A stretch of 64,000 bases of DNA from an uncultured Methanoregulaceae archaeon (lineage in GTDB: Archaea > Halobacteriota > Methanomicrobia > Methanomicrobiales > Methanospirillaceae), in the NCBI GenBank assembly GCA_963717525.1, contig OY970343.1:1632001-1696000 (forward strand), in the 5' to 3' direction. The notes under the pieces are model-generated. The model saw only the letters and a program-made list of their open reading frames with translations, had not been told where the DNA came from and made no database searches. Of this stretch, positions 53,507 to 63,669 are shown in pieces. How positions within the stretch are numbered: the stretch's first letter is position 1; each line of letters opens with the position of its first letter. Both the position numbers and the translations under genes were made by a program.

Positions 53507-53826
53507 CCCCCCAGCCGGGAGAGGTGTACCCGGCAGGAGACGTACTCCCAAATCTCCCCTGTACGGGCCCGGATTGGGGTATCCGGGGGATTTTCGGGGA
53601 CCGAAATCGCCAAAAAGGGGGCCTGTTGTTCTGCAAAAACCCCATATTGGCGCCGGATTGCCGGATTTCAGGGCATCACGGGCGCCAAAAAAAGACCAAA
53701 TAGGCCCAATTGGAGGGCCGTTATGTGTGGAAACTGCCAGTGGATTGTGGCCCCAGGAAAACAACAACCGGGAGATCCGGGGTATTTCACGTCGGAGATC
53801 GGAAAAACACACAGGAGGTGGAAGGT

Positions 53827-54438
53827 ATGACAACACTCTTTGAAGCACTGGACGGGGAAGCACAAAAAGACCTGCTGCGGGATACCATCGTGGAATGTGT
53901 CGCGGTTGTTGTCCGGGCGGTACCAGACCCGGACCGGCCGGATGACCGGCTCACCATGAAGATCGTGAGTGAGGTCTTCGATACATTCGCTCCCGGGATA
54001 CCGTGGATCGATGCGGAACTCGCCCGGCTCCGGGAGATCTGTGAGGATGCGGCCGGTGACATCACGGTCCCGGTGCAGGACGCGCTGCTCGTTGCCCTCA
54101 ACCGGCGCAGGAAGGAACAAGACGGCCTTGTGGCAGGAAAGATCGGCGGGCATCCCGCAGCCTGGGCATCTGACCCTCAGTTCATGGCCTTTCCCGGGCC
54201 GATTCTCCGGAACGCCCGGGCTACGGTCCCCGTCTGGTGGATGGCCTGGACCGCAGGGATGGAAGACGACGGGATGATGTGCGTGGACTACGAGGACATT
54301 TGGTCATATTCCGGCATGGACCCGGTCTTTGCAGAGGACGGGACGGGAGAGACCCGGAAGAACATTCTGAAACGGATGCAGCAGGTGAATGGTGTGGTCG
54401 GAAGGATGGTGGAGAGGCTGATGAGGGAAGGTACGTGA
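53827..54438 (+). CDS. Hypothetical protein
   Basis: GGAGGTGG RBS; 203-aa ORF. Confidence 0.6.
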   Translation: MTTLFEALDGEAQKDLLRDTIVECVAVVVRAVPDPDRPDDRLTMKIVSEVFDTFAPGIPWIDAELARLREICEDAAGDITVPVQDALLVALNRRRKEQDGLVAGKIGGHPAAWASDPQFMAFPGPILRNARATVPVWWMAWTAGMEDDGMMCVDYEDIWSYSGMDPVFAEDGTGETRKNILKRMQQVNGVVGRMVERLMREGT

Positions 54439-54654
54439 GGGGACGCGTGATCATTACATCCTTTGAGCCGGAATGGCCGTAAAAATTTCCGGGGCCGGGC
54501 TAGAGGAGTGCTTCCGGTGTGAATGCATTTCCCACAACGGTCAACCGAAGTACCGGCGCCGGGAGTATGCGTGAAGACCAAAAAGGGAGAAGGAACAGGG
54601 AAATGATTATCCTCTTCTCTCTCCAAACACACTGACAAGATACTTACCATCGGC

Positions 54655-55026
54655 GTGAACCTTCAAAGGCCGGGGATTTTTTTGACAGGAAAAATATCAG
54701 GGAAAACGAGCAGGGCACTCAAAAAGATCGTGGATATCATCGTACGATCTGCTGATCCCGACCGTATCATCCTCTTTGGCTCACGCTCAAAAGGGACGCA
54801 GACACAAAAAAGCGACTACGATATCTGCGTCATCAAAAGGGGAGTAAAGCACCGCCGTGAACTCGCCATGAAACTCTATCGTGACCTGTACGGGGTCGGT
54901 GTGCCGGTTGATGTCATTGTCGAGACTCCCGAGACGTTCGAGGAATTCAGGGACAACCCTTTCATGATTTACCATGACATCGCCCGGCAGGGCAGGATCA
55001 TTTATGAAAAACCGGTCCCTTGCTGA
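54655..55026 (+). CDS. MNT nucleotidyltransferase antitoxin
   Basis: PDRIILFGSRSKG..SDYDICVI, PVDVIV. Confidence 0.88.
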   Translation: MNLQRPGIFLTGKISGKTSRALKKIVDIIVRSADPDRIILFGSRSKGTQTQKSDYDICVIKRGVKHRRELAMKLYRDLYGVGVPVDVIVETPETFEEFRDNPFMIYHDIARQGRIIYEKPVPC

Positions 55027-55105
55027 AACGTGGCTTGTCCGGGCCCGGAGCAATCTCATCAGATCCCGTAATAAAAAAACAGTAACCGGTGTAGAGGAAG
55101 AATAA
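55004..55105 (+). pseudogene. Truncated HEPN gene (33 codons)
   Basis: MKNRSLAETWLVRARSNL resembles the first helix of HEPN and overlaps the MNT end. Confidence 0.6.
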
Positions 55106-55108
55106 ATC

Positions 55109-55354
55109 ATGATTCCGGATCGTTGCAGTTTCTGTAAAGGAAAACTCCATCCTGGAAAAACGGAGTGTCTGGCTCACGCTGCCGGTGAAGTAATCGTGAT
55201 TAAAGATATACCGGCATATGTCTGTGAGCAGTGCGGGGAAGATTGGTACAGTGCCGAAACATCCCGGAAAATTGATGCGGTCATGAGGGATGCCCACCAG
55301 AAAAAACTGTGCATGCACCCGCTTCCTGCCGGTGAAGTGTCGCTCAATGGATAA
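55109..55354 (+). CDS. YgiT/MqsA-type zinc-finger antitoxin
   Basis: CSFCKG..IVIKDIPAYVCEQCGE. Confidence 0.85.
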   Translation: MIPDRCSFCKGKLHPGKTECLAHAAGEVIVIKDIPAYVCEQCGEDWYSAETSRKIDAVMRDAHQKKLCMHPLPAGEVSLNG

Positions 55355-55530
55355 CAGATACCTGGAATGTGTTTTCTGAGGGCACCTATCCCTCCCCAAC
55401 AAGGTACTACAACGTCTTCGCTTATGCGGCGGGGCGGTTAGGGGGGACAGGCACGGCCCCCTCCGTCAATCTGTCAGGGATCCTTTTGTAAAGAAACAAA
55501 GATTTCTCCTGATCCTGTTTTTTTTGGATT

Positions 55531-55806
55531 TTAAAAATCCCGGTAGGCCGTTTTACGAGCCTCGACTTCGAGGACGTGGATGATCAAAACATCATCATGA
55601 ATCGAAATAAATGCCCTTATACCCCGGCGTATTCTGACTGAGTACACCGGGTGCCGGGGATTTGATCCCTTTATTTTTTTGATAAAGTGATAGGGGTCTT
55701 CCCGGATTTCGTGGATCTTCCGGATAACCAGACGGGCGATTTCCGGGGGAAGCCTGCCGAGGTCGCGGTCGGCCCGTGAAGTATACCGGACCTCGTATGG
55801 GCTCAT
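55531..55806 (-). CDS. RelE/ParE-family toxin
   Basis: YEVRYTSRADRDL..EDPY..KKIKG..YSVRI..RKTAYR. Confidence 0.85.
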   Translation of the reverse strand: MSPYEVRYTSRADRDLGRLPPEIARLVIRKIHEIREDPYHFIKKIKGSNPRHPVYSVRIRRGIRAFISIHDDVLIIHVLEVEARKTAYRDF

Positions 55807-56039
55807 TTAACCCCATACTTCTTCATAATCTCTTTTTCCGGGATCAGGTTTCCCTGCCGGACGTCTTTTAAGGATTCTTCGAGACCCGCTATCGCATCTT
55901 CACTGAGGGGTTCATCATCGACTGCAAGATTCACGAGGCGCTCAATGACATCGTTGTACGACTCTTTTGGATGGCGTTTTAAGGAGTTCAGCTGGGTTTT
56001 GAGGTCCTCCCGGATGTAAATTGAACTTGCTGCCTGCAT
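55803..56039 (-). CDS. Cognate antitoxin (archaeal RelB-like)
   Basis: SSIYIREDLKTQLNSLK..ESYNDVIERL..DVRQGNL; overlaps the toxin start. Confidence 0.8.
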   Translation of the reverse strand: MQAASSIYIREDLKTQLNSLKRHPKESYNDVIERLVNLAVDDEPLSEDAIAGLEESLKDVRQGNLIPEKEIMKKYGVK

Positions 56040-56552
56040 AGTAACACTACTATGCACCTATAGGTCTTTAACCTGATGGTCTTTTAGCCGGGCACAATCC
56101 ATACCCGTTGTCCGGCACTCACGATGAAAATCTTCGCTCTGGAGGAACAGGCATTATTCGAAGACCCAGGCATACATGATGAAAAATAATGGGTTTTTCA
56201 TGGAGAAATCCTCAAAATATTTTTCTTAACGCACTTGGGGGATATGGCATTTGATGCCTCCGCTCCCGCGCCCTTGAGGCACCCCCCATATAGCAATGAT
56301 CTCCAATCCCCCCATCCCAAGGTACATTTTGTGCACCTTCCAACCACCCCCATCCCTCGCCCGGATAACCAAACTCTCTTTTAAAATCCCCCGGTTTTCC
56401 CGAAAAATCGCTTCATAATCAAAGCCCTTCCTCCCCTACCGCCTATAGGGATATGTCAAAGGGGCCCCCGCGACAGGAAAGAAAAGAGACCACAGAAGGG
56501 AGCGGCACAAACTCACCGGCTCCCGCCGGAGTACCGGAACAGGCCACCCGAA

Positions 56553-56670
56553 CGCGGTAACCGGGACGGTGCCTTCCCGTGCAGTCCCCTCCACCCCAAC
56601 GGTCCGGAGGACCGTTCACTGAGGGCTGCAGGAACAAAAAAAGGCGCCAGAAGATCCCGGTCACGCCGCG
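56553..56670 (+). other. Long nested stem-loop in the leader of the 56723 operon (candidate structured RNA)
   Basis: Pairings CGCGG/CCGCG, ACCGGGA/TCCCGGT, GGTGCCTT/AAGGCGCC, TGCAG/CTGCA, AACGGTCC-GGA-GGACCGTT. Confidence 0.5.
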
Positions 56671-56722
56671 GTGGTCCCGCCCCCGGCATTCCGAACCACA
56701 CGAAAACAAGGAGTGATGCAGT

Positions 56723-57226
56723 ATGGGAGATTTCATCCAGAGCTCAGCAGTAAAGTCCGCAACAAGGAAGCTCGCGGCCCCGATCGAGGATGTCACAACG
56801 TTCGCAAATATCGTCAGCGGGGTGATCGCGGCAAACCCGTTCGGCTGCGTATCGTACATCAGCGCCGGCGTGACCCACGCCCCGGTCGAAAAGACTCGGG
56901 AAAGCTACGTGGCAAAGATCATCTACCAGGACAACGATGCAAAAACCGTCGGTAGCCTGTCCGACAAGTATAACACGGTCGCGGGTTTCAATGCCGGTGC
57001 AGCCGCCCTGCTCGCCAGTGCCCCGCTCACCGCAGCCCACGGGGGCATGCCCGCACGGGACAGCGACTCCGAGACCTTCTCGGCGACGCTCAAGTGCTCG
57101 GACCCCAACGGCGAGATCTACAATGTCACGATCGGCCGTGAGCGGATCAGCCTCACCTCGTACGAGGACGACGCGATCCGGGCAAAAGTCGAGACCTGGG
57201 CCGACAGCGTGCCGGCACTCGCCTGA
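56723..57226 (+). CDS. Hypothetical protein
   Basis: GGAGTGA RBS; strongly GC3-biased codons; 167 aa. Confidence 0.8.
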   Translation: MGDFIQSSAVKSATRKLAAPIEDVTTFANIVSGVIAANPFGCVSYISAGVTHAPVEKTRESYVAKIIYQDNDAKTVGSLSDKYNTVAGFNAGAAALLASAPLTAAHGGMPARDSDSETFSATLKCSDPNGEIYNVTIGRERISLTSYEDDAIRAKVETWADSVPALA

Positions 57227-57237
57227 GGGTGACGACC

Positions 57238-57354
57238 ATGGACAACGAACTCATCATCATCGGGGCGTTCCTCGGTGCAGGACTGCTCGCCTATGTCATC
57301 ATCCCCGGCCTCATGGTCATCTGGGACCGGGTCCTCGACCACATGGAATACTAA
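57238..57354 (+). CDS. 38-aa single-TM peptide (absent from ORF track)
   Basis: GGGTGA RBS; MDNELIIIGAFLGAGLLAYVIIPGLMVIWDRVLDHMEY. Confidence 0.6.
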   Translation: MDNELIIIGAFLGAGLLAYVIIPGLMVIWDRVLDHMEY

Positions 57355-57378
57355 GCGAAAAACGGCAGGGGTACTGCC

Positions 57379-57824
57379 ATGCCCCTGACTCTTTTTTTCA
57401 AAGGGGGTCACCCCCCTCTCCTTTTTCCGGGCACCCGCTCCGGAGCATCCGGGCACAGGACTACAAAAAACTCGACATCCCGGAACCGAAGATCCCGTGT
57501 TTTGTCTGCAGGAAGAAGGGCGCATGGTTCGTGGAGAAATTCACGAAGGAACGACGGGCGAGAGAGAAAGGCCAGCGGGACGCCCGGCGGTTGTGCCGGT
57601 CGTGCCATGCGGCAGCGGTGAAGGCCGAGCAGGAGGCGAGCATCTCCCTGCCGGGGACATTCGATCTCTCTAATATGAAACGGGCGACAGCGGATCTCGG
57701 GAAATGCCCGGCCTGCGGGGTGGCAAAAGTGGAGTGGATCGATGAGGCGGCGGGCGTGATGCTGTGCGGACGGTGCTATGAGAGGGAGAGGAGGAAGCAT
57801 GCCATCACCGCTCAATCCAGATAA
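57379..57824 (+). CDS. Zinc-finger protein with four CxxC pairs; probable frameshift ~57395
   Basis: CFVC, CRSC, CPAC, CGRC. Confidence 0.6.
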
Positions 57825-57838
57825 GGTGTTCCCGGGTC

Positions 57839-58411
57839 TTACCGAACATCCTGCACGGGAGGCCGGCCATATTTTTTTCTTACCTGTTCCGGGTAACGGA
57901 TGGTGAAGATGATCCCGGCTGCAAGGACGATATAGGTGAGCACCTGTGCGATGTTCCCGGCCGGCCCTGGTCTCGCGAACGTGATGGCGTTAAGCCCGAG
58001 GTTGATGAGGAAAACACCACCCCATGCACCGGTGATCCGCACATTTGTCCGGATAAAGACCGGGCTCTCCCAAACCGCACGGTCCACCATCTCGCGGGCG
58101 TAGGGAAGCGTGAAGGGAGCGCCGGCGACGATGGACCCGATTGCAACCACAGCGAGCGTCCCGTTGATCAGGAGCCCGGTGTACATAAGGATCCCGCCAC
58201 TGCCAGAAACGAGCGCTGCAATAAGCAGGCCGGTAAAGAGCACAAGGCTCGCCCACGTCAGGATCATGCCTTTTTTGAGATCGGAAAAACCGGTCAGGAC
58301 CGTGATAATCGTTGCCGCCGCAAGAGCGATGGTCACCCCCACCCCGGGGATCCCGGCGAGGACACCGTACGCGATCAGGGGTGCAAACCCGAGCAGGACA
58401 CCTGCTTTCAT
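57839..58411 (-). CDS. Multi-TM membrane protein
   Basis: Six hydrophobic segments; PFTLPYARE..FIRTN..ITGAWG. Confidence 0.8.
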   Translation of the reverse strand: MKAGVLLGFAPLIAYGVLAGIPGVGVTIALAAATIITVLTGFSDLKKGMILTWASLVLFTGLLIAALVSGSGGILMYTGLLINGTLAVVAIGSIVAGAPFTLPYAREMVDRAVWESPVFIRTNVRITGAWGGVFLINLGLNAITFARPGPAGNIAQVLTYIVLAAGIIFTIRYPEQVRKKYGRPPVQDVR

Positions 58412-58564
58412 TGCCGGCCACGCTCCCGGGGTGCTCGGGCGAACGGATCGCAGGTTTCTGGCAGTTCAGTACTTTTTTTGGGACCCGGGCACTCCCGGGG
58501 TCCGCTGTAATGCGAGGGCGGGGTCATGATCAGTCTTTCCTTGTTTTTGTGATTTTCCGGGAAT

Positions 58565-58951
58565 GTGGTGATCGGATCCACCCGGTTCCCAGGTCTAACT
58601 TCTGCCATCGTACCAATTTATGCCAGTATCCCGGGAAACGATTATTCGATCGGGGAACCTCCCCGGCCACCTGGCCGGGACCGGGATACCTGCACTCCGG
58701 ACGGGATTTTTCTGACGCCCATCACACCCACAACGCTTCTTGAGTACTCCGGCGCCGGCCTCGGGATACTGGGGTGGCTCGGCGTCCGCGAGGTCGGCTC
58801 GGCCGGGGCCCAGGAAATTGGCTTTATCGTGTGGATTGCAAGCGGCCTCATCCTGATCGCCTGGGGCTACCATACGAAAGCAAAGGCGATCATGGTTATC
58901 AATGCCGTCAACGTGATCATGGCCGCGTCCGCACTGGCAGCGCTCATCTGA
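58565..58951 (+). CDS. Small membrane protein (start uncertain)
   Basis: Three TM-like segments in the 3' part. Confidence 0.45.
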   Translation: MVIGSTRFPGLTSAIVPIYASIPGNDYSIGEPPRPPGRDRDTCTPDGIFLTPITPTTLLEYSGAGLGILGWLGVREVGSAGAQEIGFIVWIASGLILIAWGYHTKAKAIMVINAVNVIMAASALAALI

Positions 58952-59012
58952 TCCGGGAAGCAACCCCCGCGAGCTGGTCACCCGTTTTCGTCCTCGGAAT
59001 CCGCTCAAAAGA

Positions 59013-60382
59013 TCAGGCACTTTTGAGCACGCTCTCAAATGGCTGGACCATATGGTATTTCATATCGGCAAACACTTTTTTCCGGAAACCGGGGATCCGT
59101 AAAAGCGGGATGAGGAGTGCATTGAAAAGCCGGGTCTTCAGGTCAGCCTGCGGGAAATCAAACATCCCGTGCTCCTTGTAGTACCGGTAATCTGCCTGGA
59201 ACGCAATCCTCATTCCGCCGTAAATATTGTCCCGGAATATCTTGTGGCCCCCGACCGCGTAAAACGTGTGCGGGGGGATGTACCCTGATTCTGCGCATTG
59301 CAAAATACGTGTTGCCATGGCGTCGAGCAGGAGATCAAGCTCCCCGGACCCGAAACCTCGTCGGTCACAAACTGTGCATTACACCCGCCGTTGTCCGCCC
59401 ATGCAGTCAGTGCCTCTTTTAAGACGGGGACCTGGTGGAGCGGCCCGGCGATCACAAACCCGATCTGTTTACCTTTGAAATTCGGGATGTGCCCCCGGAA
59501 AAAACTCCGGTCGAAAAACTGCTTCCACGTCGACGAGAGATACCGGTCATGCACCGAGCCTGCCATGATAATGATATCCGCGGGCAGCAGTTTGTTTCTG
59601 AAAAAGTCGATGTACCCGTCGGTATAGACACAGGTGTTGTCATAGCCGCACTGGCAGCACCCAAGACAGCCGCCTTTCATATTTATGTCATGGAGATTGA
59701 TCATCTCGACGGAACCGGAAAAAGTTTTGTAAAGCCGGTCTGTCATCACGAAAAGATTGGGTGAACTGCCGTCAGAATCCGTAAGAATGACAACCTTTTT
59801 TGAACCGGTTTCCTGGATCTTCTGGTGGGGGCCCGGGATATACGTGATGGCCGGCCACACAAGCGGAGCGTTCTCCCGCTGGACCGGGACCTTCTCCTGC
59901 ACTGCGGTAAAGAGGAGGGAGACGAATTTCTCCAGCCGTTTTCGTTCCTCATCCTGTAAGAGATCCCGCATTTCCGCGGAATAAAATCCGAGGTACTTCA
60001 TCCCGAGATCGTCGCTTATGGCATGGATGTAGGCATGGGCGGTCTGGTCGAAGAAATGGATGGAGGTCGAGAGCGATGAGGCATAGGTCCCGGCAAACGC
60101 GTCCTGTGCCTTCCTCTCAAAAACAAGTTCAATGAACCGTTTGTACTGGGAGCAGACGACGAGGTAATAGAGGGGAAATGCCCAGAGAACAAGATCTGCG
60201 GACCGGACGCTGTCAAGCGTTGTGTTCCAGGCTGCGGCGTCTTTCTCGATCTTCCTTATATCGGCTGCCACATTGAGGATTTCATACCGGTGATCCGGGA
60301 ACTTTTTCCGGATATAGGCAACATACTGCATCGTGACGCTGGTATCGCCCTTCGGGCTTCCGTTCAGGACAACAATTTTCAT
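59013..60382 (-). CDS. NAD(P)H-dependent flavodoxin-fold oxidoreductase / iron-sulfur flavoprotein; frameshift ~59355
   Basis: VVLNGSPKG, ADLVLWAFPLY, GGCLGCCQC..C, KQFFDR. Confidence 0.85.
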
Positions 60383-60409
60383 GGCTTTAATCCCCCGGTC
60401 CGTCCCGCA

Positions 60410-60640
60410 TCACTCGTCCGGTGTCCGTGTACTGTCAAGGATCTTCCGTGCGAATTCCTGGAGGGCATCTGCTTTCACGAGCGCTATGCCGCGTTCGACA
60501 TCCCCGAGCACCAGCAGGATATCGCCCTGCTTAATCTGAAAGATCTCCCGGGCTTCCTTGGGGATCACAATCTGCCCCCGTTCACCGACCTTCACGCTGC
60601 CGAAGAGGTGTTTGGTATTCCCCTTCCGGGGAGCGATCAT
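60410..60640 (-). CDS. AbrB/MazE/SpoVT-family transcriptional regulator
   Basis: FGSVKVGERGQIVIPKEAREIFQIKQGD; AT-rich tandem ATGATAAAT repeats upstream. Confidence 0.9.
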   Translation of the reverse strand: MIAPRKGNTKHLFGSVKVGERGQIVIPKEAREIFQIKQGDILLVLGDVERGIALVKADALQEFARKILDSTRTPDE

Positions 60641-60975
60641 ATCGCTTACAAGATCCTCATTCCCGCATTTCTTACTTTTCATATATGTTATATTTGTGTG
60701 ATTTATCATATTTATCATTTTCTCGAGCATCTACGGTTGATGGCAGATCTTTCACTTCGCGATAATTTGAGTATCAACCGCAGACGCAACAGAACCCTTT
60801 CAATGAGTATACCAAAACTCCCATTATTTCACGGATTCAGTGGACGCAAGTGAACTTTCAAAGGTATCAGCCATCCTGAATTTGATCCTTCAAAGAAAAA
60901 TAATAAGCCGCCTAAGACCGGGCAAAATTATCGTAGTGCTAAAATAACAACCAGCATGAAAATTATTCAGTCTCA

Positions 60976-61626
60976 TCAAAAAACCAGCAACTCTTTTCGG
61001 TAAAACCATTTGTTTACCAGCCATATGAGGATCCCGATAAAAACCCATGATAATTCGGCTAAATAGGTATTAAATACTGCAATTCCTATCGAAATGAGAA
61101 ACACTCCTGATCCACTCAGCAGGCGTATGACTCTGTAATGCACATACCCTTGCGTGATGTCAGTGTCCGAGAGCCTGCGGTGTTTTGTTGCATACCACCA
61201 GAGCGCAGCCAGGACAACCCCGGCACATGCCTGGGTCAGGGCATAAAATATCACTGCAACCGGTGTCTCAGGATACTCGATGATCAGCGAGGTGTGGAAT
61301 GGGATGAGGGTGATAAAGAAAAGGAATGAAAAGTTCAGTACAGTAACGGTCCGGTCCAGTTTTTTTATATGCTGGAAAATATGGTGATGGGCCATCCACC
61401 ATTCGCTGATGATGATAAAACTAATGATATAGATTAAGAACGTCGGCCATTCACTGAGAAGACGTACCGGGAGTTCCGCGGCGGTGTTGCCTTTTGTAAC
61501 AACAGGGACTGCAAGCGAGAGGACCATGAGGGTGATTGCAAATGCGAATATGCAGTCCGTGAGATTGATCAGGCGCTCGAGGTTTTTGAAAAACTGGTAC
61601 GTTGAATGGGTTTTTTCCGGAGGCAT
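60976..61626 (-). CDS. TMEM175-family (DUF1211) potassium channel
   Basis: ERLINLTDCIFAFAITLMVL, YIISF..WMAHH, LIPFHT. Confidence 0.88.
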   Translation of the reverse strand: MPPEKTHSTYQFFKNLERLINLTDCIFAFAITLMVLSLAVPVVTKGNTAAELPVRLLSEWPTFLIYIISFIIISEWWMAHHHIFQHIKKLDRTVTVLNFSFLFFITLIPFHTSLIIEYPETPVAVIFYALTQACAGVVLAALWWYATKHRRLSDTDITQGYVHYRVIRLLSGSGVFLISIGIAVFNTYLAELSWVFIGILIWLVNKWFYRKELLVF

Positions 61627-61651
61627 AGTTACCTGATCTCTGTTTCTCTCA

Positions 61652-62189
61652 TTAAGTTTCGCTTCTGGCAAGTTCACGATCGATCTCTTTTCGTTTCTTC
61701 TCATAATTGTCTCCCTGCTTGCCCAAGCGCGTATCGAGACCGGGACATACTGGTCGTTTCAAACCCTCTCCATACAGTACCGCCCAGTATACGGTCCTGA
61801 TGAGGCTGTGGATTGCATTTTTTCCTGCCGAATCTTTGCCGATAACGCTGAAAGCACCATTCCGGTAGGCCTCTCCTTTGATACTCTGGTCGTCATCATA
61901 TGAGGTGAAAAGAATGAAAGGAGTTGTGCTACCTCTGGAACGTAGTTCCTGTAAAAACTGGAATCCCATTCATCCCTGACATCTGGTAATCGGAGATGAT
62001 GCATTCATACGTCAAGGAGGCCATCTTTTTGATTGCATCAGATACCGATGATGCCTTATCGACATCTATCTCTCCAGTTCGTTCGAAAAATAAGGTGCAG
62101 ATCTCAAGCAGGTCGGGGTCATCGTCCACGTGCTCATTGCGCTCGGAGTAACCGGATTTAGAATCTACGCTGAAGATATCGTCAGGCAT
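61652..62189 (-). CDS. Response-regulator receiver protein; frameshift ~61965, 5' end possibly degenerate
   Basis: HVDDDPDLL, ISDYQMSGMNG, PFILFTS. Confidence 0.7.
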
Positions 62190-62273
62190 GCGCCACCGGA
62201 TCGCCTGGTATAATCCGGGCGGGCGGCAGGCAAATCTTATTATGGAGTGCAGGCCATCCTTGACCGTTGCAGT

Positions 62274-62675
62274 ATGACAAGTGAAAAGATGTTGCAGGAA
62301 ACCGCGTCACGCCTGAGTGAGTTCCTGATGGCAAGAAATGTCATGGGTGAATCGATCGATATCGGTGACAAGATAGTAATCCCCGTGGCACGGTTTGGAT
62401 TTGGCTTTGGCGCAGGAGAGGGCAGCGGAAAAAACGGTGGTGGAGAAGGAGCGGGCGCAGGTGGAGGGGTCGAGCCGGTTGCACTCATCATCCTCCACAA
62501 GGACGTGAAGGGACCGGAAGGGGTACAGGTTATGTCCATCAGCAAGGAAAACCCTATCGCCCAAGTGATCTCGGCGCTGAGCGAGACACTCGCGCCACAG
62601 GTAATTCAAGCGATCAAATCTATGGACAAGAAGATGCCGGCAGGGCAGGATACGAAAAAGTCGAACGATTTATAA
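62274..62675 (+). CDS. GerW/YtfJ-family protein
   Basis: VMGESIDIGDKIVIPVARFGFGFGAG..GGGVEPVA. Confidence 0.88.
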   Translation: MTSEKMLQETASRLSEFLMARNVMGESIDIGDKIVIPVARFGFGFGAGEGSGKNGGGEGAGAGGGVEPVALIILHKDVKGPEGVQVMSISKENPIAQVISALSETLAPQVIQAIKSMDKKMPAGQDTKKSNDL

Positions 62676-62705
62676 TAGTCAAAAAAACCGCTATCTGGCG
62701 CTGGT

Positions 62706-63377
62706 ATGGACACGATCCTTCTCATCCTTTTTGTTACCGCAGGCATCTGCGGTGTTTTGGTCATCTCAGCGCTCATCATTTACGCGGTCCCGGTTCAGTT
62801 CGCCGTCATCTATGTCCGGGAAAAGGGGCGGGAAGAGAGCACGGTAACCGTCTCGTGGGGACCGGCATCTTGTTCTCTATCTCGTGGAGCCCGACAGAGA
62901 CTCACGCGTGTCCTTTTCAGCGGCAGGATGATCTGGTCCCGTTTGAAGCTAGACGAACCCACGCCGGCAGATACAGCCGAACCCGCATCCCACGGTCCGG
63001 GCTTATCAACCGTTGAGATCCTTGATATTGTCCCTCCTATTATTGGGGATGCAGGGACATTTTTGGGGGAACTCTACCGGCAAAGTCATCTTGTCAGAAT
63101 GACCGGAACAATCCGGATTGGGATGGAGAACCCGGCCGCCACCGGTATGCTCTATGGTGGATATTGGGTCTCCCGGTTCGCTCTGAACGCATCACGGATC
63201 TTCATTGAAATGGAACCGGTATTTGGGGAACGGGTACTGGTACTGGACATTACGATGCGCCTCCGGATACACAACACCCTCGCCCTTATTATCCCGGGAA
63301 TCGCGCTCATACGAAACCCGGCACTTCGGAGATTGTTTATCCTTCTTCGGCATCGAACTACGGGAATAGCAGCATGA
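62706..63377 (+). CDS. DUF2953-family membrane protein
   Basis: GMENPAATGMLYG..PVF; typical neighbour of YtfJ. Confidence 0.7.
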   Translation: MDTILLILFVTAGICGVLVISALIIYAVPVQFAVIYVREKGREESTVTVSWGPASCSLSRGARQRLTRVLFSGRMIWSRLKLDEPTPADTAEPASHGPGLSTVEILDIVPPIIGDAGTFLGELYRQSHLVRMTGTIRIGMENPAATGMLYGGYWVSRFALNASRIFIEMEPVFGERVLVLDITMRLRIHNTLALIIPGIALIRNPALRRLFILLRHRTTGIAA

Positions 63378-63649
63378 TAGAACCGGAGATCCGAATCCAA
63401 ACGCCGATCCGGTCCGGGGGTCGTTTTGTTGTCCCGGTCGTACGGGAGAACGGTTTTTCTGGCAGCTGCGGTACTACGGGGTTCGTAGACCCCGTCGCGC
63501 TTCTCTTCGAGGAAGCTGGGTGCTGGTATTTCGTCCCGCTCTTACCTGGTTTTTCCCAGAAGGAACTCGAATCGGCATTTGCCGTTGTAGGATTTGAACA
63601 AAAAAGGTCAACCACGCCTGAGAAGAATCCAACACTTGTGAGAAAGTAG
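63374..63649 (+). CDS. Hypothetical YtfJ-related small protein
   Basis: ATGA overlap; VVPVV..VDPVALL. Confidence 0.55.
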   Translation: MIEPEIRIQTPIRSGGRFVVPVVRENGFSGSCGTTGFVDPVALLFEEAGCWYFVPLLPGFSQKELESAFAVVGFEQKRSTTPEKNPTLVRK

Positions 63650-63669
63650 TCAGGTGCTGAATTTGTATT

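Noticed and set aside
55380..56440. GC-rich hairpin and C-rich tracts flanking relBE as IS ends
   Set aside because: No second copy, terminal inverted repeat pair or transposase visible in this window.
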